DNA of 64,000 nt from Chiloscyllium plagiosum (GCF_004010195.1 NC_057719.1:33582767-33646766); one strand, 5' to 3'; shown: positions 25,087 to 38,526, counted from the stretch's first letter. A program made the numbers and translations. The notes: generated by a model not told the origin, from the sequence alone.

Positions 25087-28000
25087 TTCGGGTATTATGT
25101 GTATGGATATCAGGTGAAGACAAGATTAAGATCAGATCAGAAGATGGCACCATGGGTAACATCCCTGCTTCTAATCCAAAAGTTACAGGATCAGGATCCA
25201 CTTCACGACTTGATGGTCAAGGCAGGGGTACTCATAACATAGCCAAACAGCCTGAAAGTGAACTTGCATGTCCTCGATACTTAGAAAATAGAAACAAGAG
25301 AAAGCCATTCAGCCTATCAAGTTCATTCTGCCATTTAACATAATCATGGTCAAGGAAACATCGCTGCACCCAATCTGTCCATCTATGCCAGAATTTAAAT
25401 TTCAATGAGACTCCCTCTTATTCTTCTGAACTCCAGTGAACACAGCCCAGTCAGCCTGATCCTTCCTTAAATTATTAATCTGCCTTTCCAGGAATCAGTC
25501 CAGTCAAGCAGACTTCCTCTACCACTGCATCTATGACAAGTATATAGTTTCTTAGGTAAGGAGTCCAAAACTACAAGCAATATTCCGGGTGTGTTCTCAT
25601 CAAGGCCCAGTAGGAAAGCTGTAACATCTGCTTGCCCTATTACTCAAAGGAGACTGGAAGTTGAAGCTTTTTCATTTTGCAGTCATCTGACTGAAGATGT
25701 GAGAAGCATGCATTAAAAAAGTGATACCATTTTATAAAGTATGAGAAGAGAGTACTGATTGGTTGGGACATCATTGGTAATATAATAAGAACAATTCACT
25801 GTGAATCTTAATTATCATACTAGAAAGGTAGATTCTGATTGGTGAGGGCAATTTCATGGGGATGCAGTAGAGATCGGCTGTCTCCATTCTATGAAAAGGT
25901 GCAATGTTTGTACAAATTCATTTTGCCATCATAAAACAGTGAATTGTATTTATGTATAGCTTTTAGCATGTGCAAATGCATCATACTGCCAGCCCGACTG
26001 ATGATCTTAAACTGGTTTCCTGTGTAATTCTTTGCGCAGTCTTGATTACTATCTTTCCCTGTTATGAAAACAGCTAATCTCTGTTGTGTTTGGTAGTAAC
26101 AACCTAACCAATCAGACCCCAACTGCCTGTTTGTCAGAAATAAGATCGACAGTTAATGGTTTTTGATGGATCACCGTGCCAATGATGGTCCAACTAATCA
26201 CCAACCTTTTCTCACACTGTATAAAATGGTGTCTTTTATTTCACATCTGCTTCTTGCATCCTCATTCATATTAGCACAAGATGTTTATTTTCAGTGACTG
26301 ATGTAGAAGGATATGTAAGTCGCTATGTCCATTGACATTTCCAAATCTATTATTATTGAACTACTACTCTGCCATTTTTTTCTATCAAATTCAACAACTT
26401 TATATTTATCAATGTTATATTGCATCTGCCGTACATTTGCTCACTCACACAGCTTGTCTAAATCATCTCAAAGCCTCTTTACAGGATCCTCAGCACTCAC
26501 ACTCCGACCTGGTTTTGTGTTAATAGTAAATCCTTAGAACATGTATTAATGGCACATGACAAGAACAGGAGAGATTCCTGGTCAGCTATGTGGTGGAAAG
26601 AAATTGTGGCACCTAAAGCCACAGCAACTCAGACTCCTTTTGTGTTTGTACTGAGGGTGGGGGGAATGTCGATGGTAGCATGGCTGGTATGCATCAGATT
26701 GGCACCAACAGCATAGAGTTCAATCTCTATTTTGACTGCACCATATTTGGAATCCACTATCCTCATTGTGGGAAAGCCATAGCACTGTTCCTGTCTTCAG
26801 GGAGAAAAGTCAAGTAAAGGAAGAAATGAATCAGTCTTTCAGAGTTGCATGATACTCCCCAGCTAGGTTCAGATCTGAATAACAGGGCTTTGCATCTGAG
26901 AGTAAACAGTGCTCTGAAATTTATACTTGATACACATTTACCATTAGAGTGTGAGAGAAGGAAATTGTAAAAATCATGACTGATGATACTTGATTTATAC
27001 TATAACCTGAGACTTCACTAAGTAACCCTATGACCATCTTCTAACCCACAGATATGGATTATGGAATGAACTAAACAAGGTCATTGAAAGCATTTGTTTT
27101 ACTGTGATCAAATACAGTAATAAATATCTTTTTCTGAAATTAGGTTTTAATAGAGGTCAGGCAGCTTGAGGGACAAGACTACGAATCATGACCTTCTGGC
27201 TTCCTGTTTGACTACATGTTAATTGTTCTGTGCAAAATTTACTTGAGCTGAGATATGCTGCTGTTTGCTCCCTACGATCATACTGGAGTAGCAACAGCAT
27301 AGCCAGGAAAAGTTGGACAGTGAGTTGAAAATTTGTTCTGCAATGCAATAATGGATGGGGTTTTTTTGGAGGTTAATTGAAGTCATTAATATTGTTGATT
27401 AATAAATATCTAAATGGCTTCCTATTTAACTTGCACTACTTACTCATTAAGATTATTTTCTGAGAGTCACTTATTAGCTCTTTATCCCTGCCCTGACTGA
27501 GCACAGATACTGGTTGACACAGATCGCTAGTATCTTTCCAAGCAGGTTAGACCCATCACAATGCAAGTACTAAATTCTAATTTGAAAATACAGACCTATA
27601 AACTGCCACAGTCCATTGTGAATTTTTAGTAACCAAATTATTACCCTAATTCCAGTATCGGTTTGGCTCAGTGGGAGAACTCGAATCTCCCAAACAGGCA
27701 AAATATTTAATGTTTCTTATGTTTTTAATCTATCTTAAAATAAACAGTCAAAATTGCAAAACACATTCAGTGTGTAGAAACTCTTTTCTATCCAGTATGG
27801 AACAAGAAGAAAATTTGAAGCACTGCTGAATCTAATAATAGGATATGAAACAAAAAAAAAGGAAGCCCAGGGAAGCATTGGGATAATAGCAATCATAACA
27901 ATAACAAGGGTTAAGATAAAGATTAAGAAGATCATAAAGATCAAAGTGATAATTTTTAACCAAAATAAATTTTAAGAGGCTGAGAACGGAACTAGGGAAA

Positions 28001-28254
28001 ATAGAATAATGACAGGGAGCAATTAATTTGGAGTATAATCATTGGCATGGAACATTTGGGCTAAAAAATCTTGCTTCTATATTATAAATGCTGTGTCATA
28101 TAATGTAAGTACTATATCTACCTACAGAGTGATGAAACCCACCTGTCCACATACTGTTGATACTACGAGCCAAAGGAATATTAAGCAAAACATATATACC
28201 ATGTACTATTTAAGCACACAGTGTCTCATTCATTAACACCAACATAAATCACTA

Positions 28255-28558
28255 ACAAGTTTTGAGAAGATTTATTGCTCACGTTGAAGTTCTGGATGTA
28301 GTTTTACTCGCTGATCTGGAAAGTTCATTTTCAGATGTTTCATCACCATACTTGGTAACATCTTCAGTGAGCCTCCGGATGAAGCACTGTTGGTGTTTCC
28401 TGCTTTCTATTTATATGTTTGGGTTTCCTTGGGTTGGTGATGTCATTTCTTGTGGTGATGCCATTTCCTATGGTGATGTCATTTCCTGTTCTTTTTCTCA
28501 GGGAGTGGTAAATGGGGTCCAAGTCAATGTGTTTGTTGATAAAGTTCCGGTTGGAACG
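28255..28558 (-). mobile_element. Penelope-like element 3' end / pLTR (second PLE family)
   Basis: Minus-strand SNRNFINKHIDLDPIYHSLRKRTG (PLE ORF end), then three 18-bp tandem repeats (28436-28489) and a hammerhead motif. Confidence 0.75.
28331..28370 (-). ncRNA. Type I hammerhead ribozyme motif (minimal stem III)
   Basis: uca-CUGAAGA-U-GUUACC-aaguau-GGUGAU-GAAA-C-AUC-uga; stems I and II pair; the ACGU stem III palindrome has changed to ACAU. Confidence 0.6.
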
Positions 28559-28811
28559 TCACTAGTCACTAATTTGATGACAAAGTGGTTAACCTCTACT
28601 CTAAAGCTTTGTTTACGCAGATCATTTGCAACGGTAAAAGCTATGATGGAAAGATAAACAATGTGTCCTTTGGCATTGAGAAACCAAAAGTCAATAACTT
28701 TTAAAAGAAGATTGATTATGATATGATCCAGGCACATGTCATCTAAATGTCCCAGCATCCCAGTAATGATTCTGATTCTTGGTTCAGAAATGGCATCCTA
28801 ACTGTACTTGG

Positions 28812-29037
28812 TGAAACCAAAAGAGAAAATGCTGGAAAATCTCAGCAGGTCTGGCAGCATCTGTAAGGAGAGAAAAGAGCTGACGTTCGAGTCTAACTGA
28901 CCCTTTGTCAAAGCTGTTTGAAGTTAGACTCATAACGTCAGCTCTTTTCTCTCCTTACAGATGCTGCCAGACCTGCTGAGATATTCCAGCATTTTCTCTT
29001 TTGGTTTCAGATTCCAACATCCGCAGTAATTTGCTTT
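28812..29037. mobile_element. PLE-derived fold-back insert with perfect 14-bp TSD
   Basis: Inverted arms ~28812-28898 and ~28922-29009; tgtacttggtgaaa at 28803-28816 and 29038-29051; decayed hammerhead core. Confidence 0.88.
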
Positions 29038-29929
29038 TGTACTTGGTGAAAAGTGTGAAAAACGTGTAAAATCTTCAGAATGGCATAGTTCTATTTATCA
29101 CAGTCAAAAACTTTGGAGTTCTCCAAAGTATTTGTCCAGACTGTGATTGATCATTTGACCTTGTTTGACATAATAACAGTACTGTATAGATTAAAACTGG
29201 AGCAATACCCTAACAGTAGCTATCCCTAAACCAGGAAAGCAAGATTTGTGTGAATTCTAAAGTGTTCATGTAGAATATCAATACCAATTGTCAAACTTGA
29301 CAACATAAGATCGATATAAAAGAGAAAGCACCATCATTAAGAAAATAAAACTCTCGTTACAACTTCCAATTCTTAAATAGTTTGCCGCATTCCACTATTC
29401 AAAATCTTATGCCAAGTGTTGTTCATAATCTGTATATGAAGAACTTCCTGGAACCACACTTTTCTTTTGCCTGTGAACTCACTTTTCTGAAGTGTCACAA
29501 TCAGAAATCCATTCATCATTTATTGAAATCCAAATACAGAATGAACGTGAACTTACTAAACTAGGTTTGTCATTGTATGCATTGACCTACAGTAAATCTA
29601 TGAATTTCTCAACACCTTCAGTACTATGCCACATTTATTGCTGCCCCTAGCAGCTATCAGAATTTGACACCTTGAAGTAGCTGGTTAAATTGTTATATCA
29701 ACCATTCATTTTGGGAAGAAGGCAAGGTGATAAACAGGTTGTTCTCCATTGTTCCCCAAAACTATTGTAGTGCTTTTCCAAAATGTTATAATATACTTTT
29801 ACACAATGATGTATAAGGCTCTGTCACATAACAATCAGTAATGCATAGCTCTGTTAATAGAATAAAGTGTTCCATAGTGCATCACAACAGTTAATCAGAT
29901 AGAAATAGACTCCAATTCAGAGGATGAAA

Positions 29930-30780
29930 TGTGGGCCTGTTAAATAGCAAGTAACCTTCATGCCACACAAGAGCCAGGAAATTACCATTCCAACAAGAGG
30001 GAACCTAACCATAATCCATTGATGTTCATTAGCGTTACCATCACTGAAGTCCCCATTATAAACATTTTGGGGATTAATGTGGATCAGAAACTGAAATGGA
30101 CCAGGCTCAGAATTCCATGATGGATAACTCACCTTCTATCTGTTCAAAGACTGTCCACCATCTATAAAACACAAGTTAAGAGCATGATTGAGTAGTGTCT
30201 AATTAACTGAGTATGTTCAGTTCCAACAACAATAAGAAGCTTGACATCATCCCTGGATGAAGCAGCGTGCTTGGCTGACACCCTATCCACCACCTTCTAC
30301 ATTCATTCTACACCACCATTGCACAGTGGCAGCAGTGTTTACCATCCATAAAATCAATTGCAGTAACTCACTAACAGTCCTTTGGCAGGACCTTCCAAAA
30401 TTGTGACCTCTGCCACCTAGGAGAAGGGCAGCAGATGCATGGGAACAGCACCAAGTGAAAGTTTCTCTCCAAAACACATACCACCCTAATTTGGAACTAT
30501 ACCATTGTTGCTCCCCTGTTACTGGGTCAAAACTCTGGAACATCCATCCTACCAACATGTGGATGTCCCAACATCCCAAAGACTGCAGCTGTTAAAAAAG
30601 GCAGGTAAAAACAATGACTGCAGATGCTGGAAACCAGATTCTGGATTAGTGGTGCTGGAAGAGCACAGCAGTTCAGGCAGCATCCAAGGAGCAGTTAAAA
30701 AAGGCAGCTCACTACTATTTCCTGCAGTGTACTTAGGGATGGACAATAAATACTGGTCAAATAGCGGTAACTGCATCACT
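29930..30780 (+). mobile_element. Family B LINE 3' region with nested PLE insert
   Basis: Same 3' region as 16700-17290. Confidence 0.75.
30605..30693 (-). mobile_element. Truncated PLE-derived insert with perfect 14-bp TSD
   Basis: gactgcagatgctggaaacc...gtggtgctggaagagcacagcagttcaggcagcatcc; gttaaaaaaggcag at 30591-30604 and 30694-30707; ribozyme part absent. Confidence 0.85.
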
Positions 30781-33030
30781 TTTTAAAAACAGAGCACATT
30801 ATCACATTAAAAATGTTCAGACTTTGAGACTGAGTCCAGCTCCCAATATTGCTCATTTCTGTAGCGTGCTTTTCTATATAGGAATGGCCAAGCTCTTGTG
30901 GAGCAGTGATAGTGTCCCTACTTATAGGCCAGAAGGTCCTGATCCACACTTGTGTCCTATTATGTCTGAGCAGGTTGATTAAATATATCTACAGGAGACA
31001 AAAAATTAACAGCTGCCTCCACTTTCACCATCCAGTTAAGAGTAGGAGGGCACAGATTTGGCCAGACGGCGTATGCCAGTAGAGTCTGTGTAAAGCTGGT
31101 GAGAGAGATTGATGGCACCTCGAATTTGGCAGCCTGCTTAAATTTTATATATTGAGTAACGTCTTAGTTCAATTTGTGTGGAGGAGACAGACCTCCATGG
31201 GAATGGTTTTGGCTCGGGCTTCAGCATTTTCATTGCCGCAGCATTTTGTTGGGCTCGTGAGAGGAGGCACCAATAACTCAATGGCCACAGAACTAACAAA
31301 AGGTACAAAATGTATTCCTAGTCTTAGATTAGAACAGAGGGATCTGAATTTTGGTTTGATTTATACAATGACTGCTGTTGATGTATGATTCATACATTTG
31401 AGTGTGGAACTGTGTAGATGTACTCAAGAAGGTGAGCAGGCATCCAACTATGACCTGCTTCACCAGATTGTCTGTGGGACTCTAACTGTTCAGTCAAATA
31501 AAAAGCTCTTATGTCACATTCTTTGAAGCAGCAGGAAACACATTAAATGTTTGCTCATGTCAGATAGCCATTTAAAATGAACTGAGACAGTTTAATCCCA
31601 CAGTGCAGGACAAAAGTGATGGTGGAGGAGGGTCCTTTCAATTATGCAGCTAATGCCTCGTGACAAAATGTATCAAATTATCTGCACCTCCATGTATGTG
31701 CAAGCAGGTAATCGCAGTTAAGCATTTTGAAAAAAGAGATGAAGCAGGCGGAGCAAACTCATTAGCACATTCTTTAACCAACAATTTGTTAGATTTTGTG
31801 ACATATGGAAGTTGAAACTATTCTCCAGCAGCCACGCAAAATGAACAACAGTGAGTTGGCAGTCTGTTTTACATCCCACCTGAGTTTCCTTTCCAAAAGA
31901 TTTAAAATACTTTCATAACTAATCCAAGAGGAAAACGTAAATGTGGGTGGGATATTTAAACAGACCACAGAGATCCCTAAAATCCAAGTCAAGTATATTC
32001 ATTTCCCCAGTGAGGCACGGATTCATATGTTGGCAATCTTTACTGCTTCCCTCAATTAAAGCTATGCACCCCACAAGTCCTCCACTCTGATTCAAGCTGG
32101 TAGACTCCTTATGCCATTTGGAGCTGGCATTCGTCTTCCCGCCCACAGTCCAAAGTGGCAGACAGTTATTAATCCTCATGCAAACAGACACACTGCTCAC
32201 CTCAGCTGGAAGGTTCACTTGTCTCTGCCTCCTGGCATATACATGACTGAATCCCATTCTCTTACCTGGCCAGCAGACTCAATATTCCTTGGAAAGTTGC
32301 CTATCGGGGGCGGGGGGGGAGCTGAATTTAAATAGATAAATGCCGGGTGCCTCTCACAGTAACTAATCTTCTGAAATTGGAATTAAAACACAGCCAATAC
32401 GAAGCAGCTTGCATTGGAAGAACAAGAACAGAGGTATAGAAAAGGTGACTAGTTGTCTTCAAACAACACCTTTCCTCCCTATCTTCAGTTATTTGGAATG
32501 TATCATTTAATGTGAAGAGGGTATACACAGACCTGCTGATGTGTAGTTAGAGTTTTGGTTTCATTGCCTCTACAGAGCAGAAAGGAAGAAACTTGAAGTT
32601 ATATTGCACCTTTTGCTTCTTTGTGTGATTCACAACCAATGACTTTTGAAGACCAGTCACTTTTAAAGTCAATGTTGCATTTACTTTCTGTTGTAGGTCC
32701 CATTAAAATGGTGATCAGGTGCATTGCCCTGAGTGTTTATGTTTCCATACTTTGCTTTTATTTGTTTTTGTTTCAAACTTTACTGAGGTGCGAGCATGAC
32801 TACAAGGCCAACATTTACTGTCTATCTCAAATTGCCCTTCAAGCCATTTGTTTGAACCACTGAAATCAAGGGAGTGAAGGTATTCAAAACAGTGAGATTT
32901 CCATCATAAAAACAGAAAGCAGAAACTTAGCAGATCAGGCAACATCTGTGAAGAGATCAATGAAGTTAAGGTTTCAAATCTTTTTGCAAATTTCTGAAGG
33001 GGTTGGAAAAGTGATTTTTCTTTCTATATA

Positions 33031-33247
33031 CAGGGTGTTTTGGCATGAAGCAACAGTCTTGTTCCTCTGCAGCCTCCTGCAATAGAAAATCGTGCTCTGG
33101 GAAACTGCTAGAAGATCACACTCTGAAAGATAGCTATAGAATATCGTAATACCTGTCCAACAGAAAGTTCACATTATCCAAACAGCACCTACAATCGTGT
33201 TCTAGCCAATTCACATTGACAAAACTCACTTATACCTGAACAACCTG
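33031..33247. mobile_element. Probable Tigger-type MITE nested in the PLE
   Basis: TA|CAGGGTGTT...AACAACCTG|TA imperfect terminal inverted repeats. Confidence 0.5.
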
Positions 33248-33451
33248 TATTGGGAACAAGAATAAGTGGAACAGATGGGAAAGGTTCCCCAGAGAAAAAG
33301 GCAGAGAGAATGCAAATGGTAGAAGAAAGGAAGCATAGAGAAACCATGCATATTAATGGCAAGTGTTAATAGCAAAAAAAATTAGTCAGCTCTGCTGAGA
33401 GCAAGCCCATGCAAAAAACACACTGGAGGGATGAGGAAGGAAATAATTTGT

Positions 33452-33770
33452 GGGTGGCACGGTGATTAGCACTGCTGCCTCATAGCGTCAGAGACCAGGG
33501 TTCAATTCCCACCTCAGGTGACTGACTGTGTGGAGTTTGCACGTTCTCCCCGTGTCTGCGTGGGTTTCCTCTGGGTGCTCCAGTTTCCTCCCACAGTTCA
33601 AAAAGGTGCAGGTTAGGTGAGTTGGCCATGCTAAATTGTCCGTAGTGTTAGGTGAAGGGGTAAATGTAGGTGAATGGGTCTGGGTGGGTTGCACTTCGGC
33701 AGATCGGTGTGGACTTGTTGGGCCGAAGGGCCTGTTTCCACATTGTAAGTAATCTAATCTAAAAAAAAAA
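33452..33770 (+). mobile_element. HE1-type SINE, full length, young, nested in the PLE
   Basis: gggtggcacggtgattagcactgctgcc, B-box gggttcaattccc, V-domain, aatctaatcta plus A-run tail. Confidence 0.93.
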
Positions 33771-36700
33771 TTCAAAATAAAGATCAGAAGTCATGGTCTG
33801 AACTTGTTAAATTCAAAGTTGAGTCATGATGGCTCCAAAATGCCTAAGAGGAAAATAAAATTCAGTTCCTTCAGTTTTATTAGTTTTCATGGAACACTGC
33901 AGCAGACTAGGATGGAAATGTTCACTTGAGAGCAAGATAGTTTATTGAAATAGCAAACAACCAGAAGGTTGAGGTCATTTATATGCACAGAGCAAAGGTG
34001 TTCTGTAAAGCGATCGCAAAGTCTGCACTTGATCTTGTCGATAAAGAGAAGACCACATTGTAAGCAGGATATACAACAGGCTAGATTGAAAGAAGCACAA
34101 GTAAAATGCTGCTTCACTTTGAAGATATCTCTGGGTGTTGGATAATGAGGAGGGAGGAGGTGAATGGACAATTATTAATCATCTGAGTTTGCGTGGGAAA
34201 GTGCCAAGTGAAGAGATGTTGGGAGTGATAGTGATTTGGATCAGTACGTCACAGAGGGAAAGATGGTTGTCAGAATTCTGAGAAGGTAAGGGAGGTGATG
34301 ATATGTTAAGTTATAGCATCCTGCTAGAGGTGGCAGAGGATGCCAATTTGAATGCCAAGACTGATGAAGTGGGTAAATGAAGACAAGTGGAACCCTATCA
34401 TTGTTCTGGCAGGGAAGAGAAAACATGAGTGGTAGAATTTTGGGAAGTGGCTTTGACATAGTTGAGGGCACTGTCAAAAATGGTGGAAAAGAATACTCAT
34501 TTAAGGAAAAAGAAATTACATTGTAAGTGCTTCTGTGGAAGCTGGCATTACCTGAAAAGATATGATGGAACATTCTCAATCATTGAGATTCCACAGCCCT
34601 GTGGGGTGGAGAATTCGAAAGAGGCACCACCGTCTAAATTAAAGAATTTAATTCCAACTTTTATAGCCTATTACTTATTCTGAGACTGTATCTCTCATTC
34701 TCTTTTCTAATTTTCTAAACACCTAAACCGCAAAACATTGGCTAAATTTCACTCACTTTTTAATGTTTGAAAATGAAATCTTGTCCAACAGTTTTCTTTC
34801 CATTGGTACCATGGGGATTCCTTTCTTTATGAAATTTAATCAGACTCTATTGAGATTGTAACATTGAAAGCATTGCATGACCATCTGCAAATTCCCCTCC
34901 AAGTCTTTCACTATCCCGACTTGGAAATATATTGCCATCCTTTCACTGTCACTGGGTCAAAACCCTGGAATTCCCCTCCTTAATGGCATTATGCTTCAAT
35001 CTACCGCATATGGACTGCGGTGATTCAAGAAGGTAGCTCATCAATACCCTCTCATTAATAACCAGGGATAGGCAATCAATGTTGGCATGGCTATCGATGC
35101 CCACATCCCATGAGAGAATAAGAAAAATGATGTGACAAAAATGGCAACCAAAAAATGTGAACAATGGTCTTTATATGATTGACTTAATTAATCTGAAGTA
35201 ATATTGCTGATTGCACCCCTGGTAGATTCAGCATCCCTTGATTAGGAAGGAGAAAAACAAGATAGTGTACTTTGTCCAATGATCACTGTTAGAAACCTTC
35301 GGTATTTTTAAAATAGCCTGATCAGAGATTGCATCTCTGGAACAAGTAGGACTTGAACCCATACCTCCAGGCTCAATGATAGGTACACTATCACTGTGCC
35401 ACAAGGGGCCTTCCAAAGCCCTGTGGATTTTTACAGAGTATTGCTCAATCTCAGCTAAGACGTGCACATGCTTGAAATGGCTGCCAACATCCCCATGAAA
35501 AACAGAAATTTCGGCAAATTATCCAAGGGTTATTCATGTTGATAAAGCTTTAAACCAGGAGGCATCATCAGAACAGGAAAAAAAGATGAGAATATGCGAA
35601 AACTGATGGTCTCTCCAGACATGTGATTAGGTGGGACAGTATAGGATGGATGTCCTGTTCTGACCTGCTTCCGTCTGATTAGGTCTGAAAATGTCCTCCA
35701 GTCTGAATACCAACTGAGGCTCTTTACTGTCAAATTAATCTCCATATAAGGACCATAGTCTACTGCTGCAGCTAGTATTCAAATAATGGCAGTCAGGCAT
35801 CTTGCCATGGTGGGACACCATCCAGCAAACTCTACTGGATTTACCCTTGGTATACATGGTGGGGGTGGGGGGAGAGATGAGGGACTCAGCTGTGGGAAGG
35901 GAGAAGCCATCCAACTTCCTTGGTTTCCAAGTCAACTCCTAGCCCGTACCCTGCTTTCTGCTACCCCATCTGGCCCACACTCAGTTCAATCTGGGGATCA
36001 TCAGTCAATCTCAAGGTAGGCCCTAGCATACTCCCATAGTGGGGACCACTCCCACCATCACTGGAGAGCTGCTGGCCTCAACTGTTCGGGAAGCGGATGC
36101 CATGCAGGCAAGTTCTTGCTGATCTCTGAATAGCCCACAATGCCTCTAGGGGAAAAGCTACATAGGACTCACTCCAGTTCTCTAACCATTGAGCAAGAGC
36201 TCATGGCCCACACTGGCCCAGGTATGAAAATATGCAGCCACTGCTGTGACTGCACTTTCTTGCTGCTAATATGAATTGGAACATAATAAAATTAGCTTAG
36301 CTTTGTATCTAACCATGTCCTTCCAGATTTGAGGAAACTAATTGTGTATAACAAACAGGAACCCTTATAGTCATTGCCCATGTCAGTTTACAGCATCTCC
36401 ATTGCCTTAACAGTCAATTCAACATAAACACCTGAATTCCCACTGTATGCATAACTATAGCTTCATGTTTAGTCCCTTAACAGATTGTAAGCATTTAATA
36501 ACAGTAAATTAGCTTTAAGTAAATGGCTGCCAATGCATGCCCTGGGTTTCAATGCTGGAGGGCATGCTTCAAAACTACTGTTTATTTCATTTTGCAGTTC
36601 AGAAATTAGCATTACACTTGCCATTATCTGTTCATTGCAAAGCCAATTTCCTATTTAACTTCCATTCCCTATTTAACTTTTATTCCCTATTTCGTGTCTT

Positions 36701-38026
36701 GATGTTTATTACCGGGCTTGATTCTCATCCAGGATCAAGATAATCTCATGCAAGAAGGCACAAAGCAGCCACAGAAGGTCGCACTACTGTGCTGCACTGC
36801 ACACAGAGCAACACACCGTGGTCCGCTCACAGTGTAAAATTAAAAACAGCTGGTCACCCAAGACAAAGTGAAAGAATAATCACAGGAGTGAAACCAATCC
36901 AATTTGTGCAGCTTTATGCATCCTATTGCAGCGCCACAGTACCTTAAAAGCAGACAGTGGGTTTAATTCAACAAACATTTATCAAGCGCTACCTACAGAT
37001 GTCACTTTGAATTACTTCAGGTAATTTAAGATTCTTGATACAATTCTTGCTTAAGTTGTTAAGGCAGCTGCTTAGCCACTGAAGGTTGCATATGTTTAAA
37101 AATCTTTTTTAACACCTTCAGCAAGCAAGACTAATAGTCCAGCTGCAATTGTTACCAATCTACAGCAGAGACAATCAATCATTTTTCGAAATCAACCTGT
37201 TTGGCCATGTTATTAGGCACCACTGGGACAGATGGGAAATGAACGCAGATCTTCAGGCCCAGAGATAGGGGAACTAACTTTAAGTGACATAGGTGCAATA
37301 GGTAGGGCTCCTTATGGTGCAGTCGTAGTGTCCTCTCCTTTAAAGCCATGAGCCCTAGGTCTTATCTGTTTCTAAATGTGTGCCTGATTAGGTCCATTCA
37401 AAATATCTGGACACAACTGATTGTAATCTTGAAATGACTGTAAGCACATAGGTTTGTTGCTAAAGGTTAGTATCATTATTAGTTTGGTCTTTAAAAGTCA
37501 GATTCCAGAGCATAACATTGAAAAGTTACTTCCTTTTGGTTATACCATCAATTCTGATTTCATCGCGACTGACTTGCACACCTTAGTTTGCACCTACAAA
37601 GGTTAGATTTAGCAATAAATAGATAGGAGATGTTATACAGACACTATATCATTTGGATCCAATAAAAAAAGCCTATGGTGAAACAATTGATTCCAGGATA
37701 ATGCAACAGCTTTCTAGCTTAAATCATCAGAGATTAAAAATGGGATGTTTCCTTCATTTGCCAAGGTGTAAGATAGGATATCAGTTTGAATTTGATGTGG
37801 AGTGGTGGTTCAGATAGGATGTTATGATTTTGCAGAATTTGTTTCAGTCTGAACTTTCAACCATGATGGAGCGGACTGAGTTAATAGTGAAAAGCATGAA
37901 TCAGCTGTGATTCATCAAAGACTTATATTGGCCCGGCAATTAGATAACACTTGAGTGGTAGAGAGGTGGGCTATATATTATTAGCAAACATGGAAGCTGG
38001 TCCCATAAGGATGAGGAGGACATTGG

Positions 38027-38526
38027 NNNNNNNNNNNNNNNNNNNNNNNNNNNNNNNNNNNNNNNNNNNNNNNNNNNNNNNNNNNNNNNNNNNNNNNNNN
38101 NNNNNNNNNNNNNNNNNNNNNNNNNNNNNNNNNNNNNNNNNNNNNNNNNNNNNNNNNNNNNNNNNNNNNNNNNNNNNNNNNNNNNNNNNNNNNNNNNNNN
38201 NNNNNNNNNNNNNNNNNNNNNNNNNNNNNNNNNNNNNNNNNNNNNNNNNNNNNNNNNNNNNNNNNNNNNNNNNNNNNNNNNNNNNNNNNNNNNNNNNNNN
38301 NNNNNNNNNNNNNNNNNNNNNNNNNNNNNNNNNNNNNNNNNNNNNNNNNNNNNNNNNNNNNNNNNNNNNNNNNNNNNNNNNNNNNNNNNNNNNNNNNNNN
38401 NNNNNNNNNNNNNNNNNNNNNNNNNNNNNNNNNNNNNNNNNNNNNNNNNNNNNNNNNNNNNNNNNNNNNNNNNNNNNNNNNNNNNNNNNNNNNNNNNNNN
38501 NNNNNNNNNNNNNNNNNNNNNNNNNN
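38027..38526. other. Assembly gap (500 N)
   Basis: Run of exactly 500 N. Confidence 1.

Larger units (their letters stand above)
32905..34570 (-). mobile_element. Decayed Penelope-like retroelement (RT thumb, GIY-YIG endonuclease, pLTR)
   Basis: FKVKQHFTCASFNLACCISCLQCGLLFIDKIKCRLCDRFTEHL (GIY-YIG) and NNDRVPLVFIY (post-thumb); pLTR-like sequence at 32905-33000. Confidence 0.85.

Noticed and set aside
24768..25343. 191-aa ORF
   Set aside because: Mostly the antisense reading of an HE1 SINE
28812..29009. Pre-miRNA or intrinsic terminator hairpin
   Set aside because: The arms are dispersed-repeat sequence with a TSD, which a PLE fold-back explains
33452..33530. tRNA gene (A and B boxes)
   Set aside because: It is a SINE head that continues into the V-domain and LINE-derived tail; the same holds for the other copies
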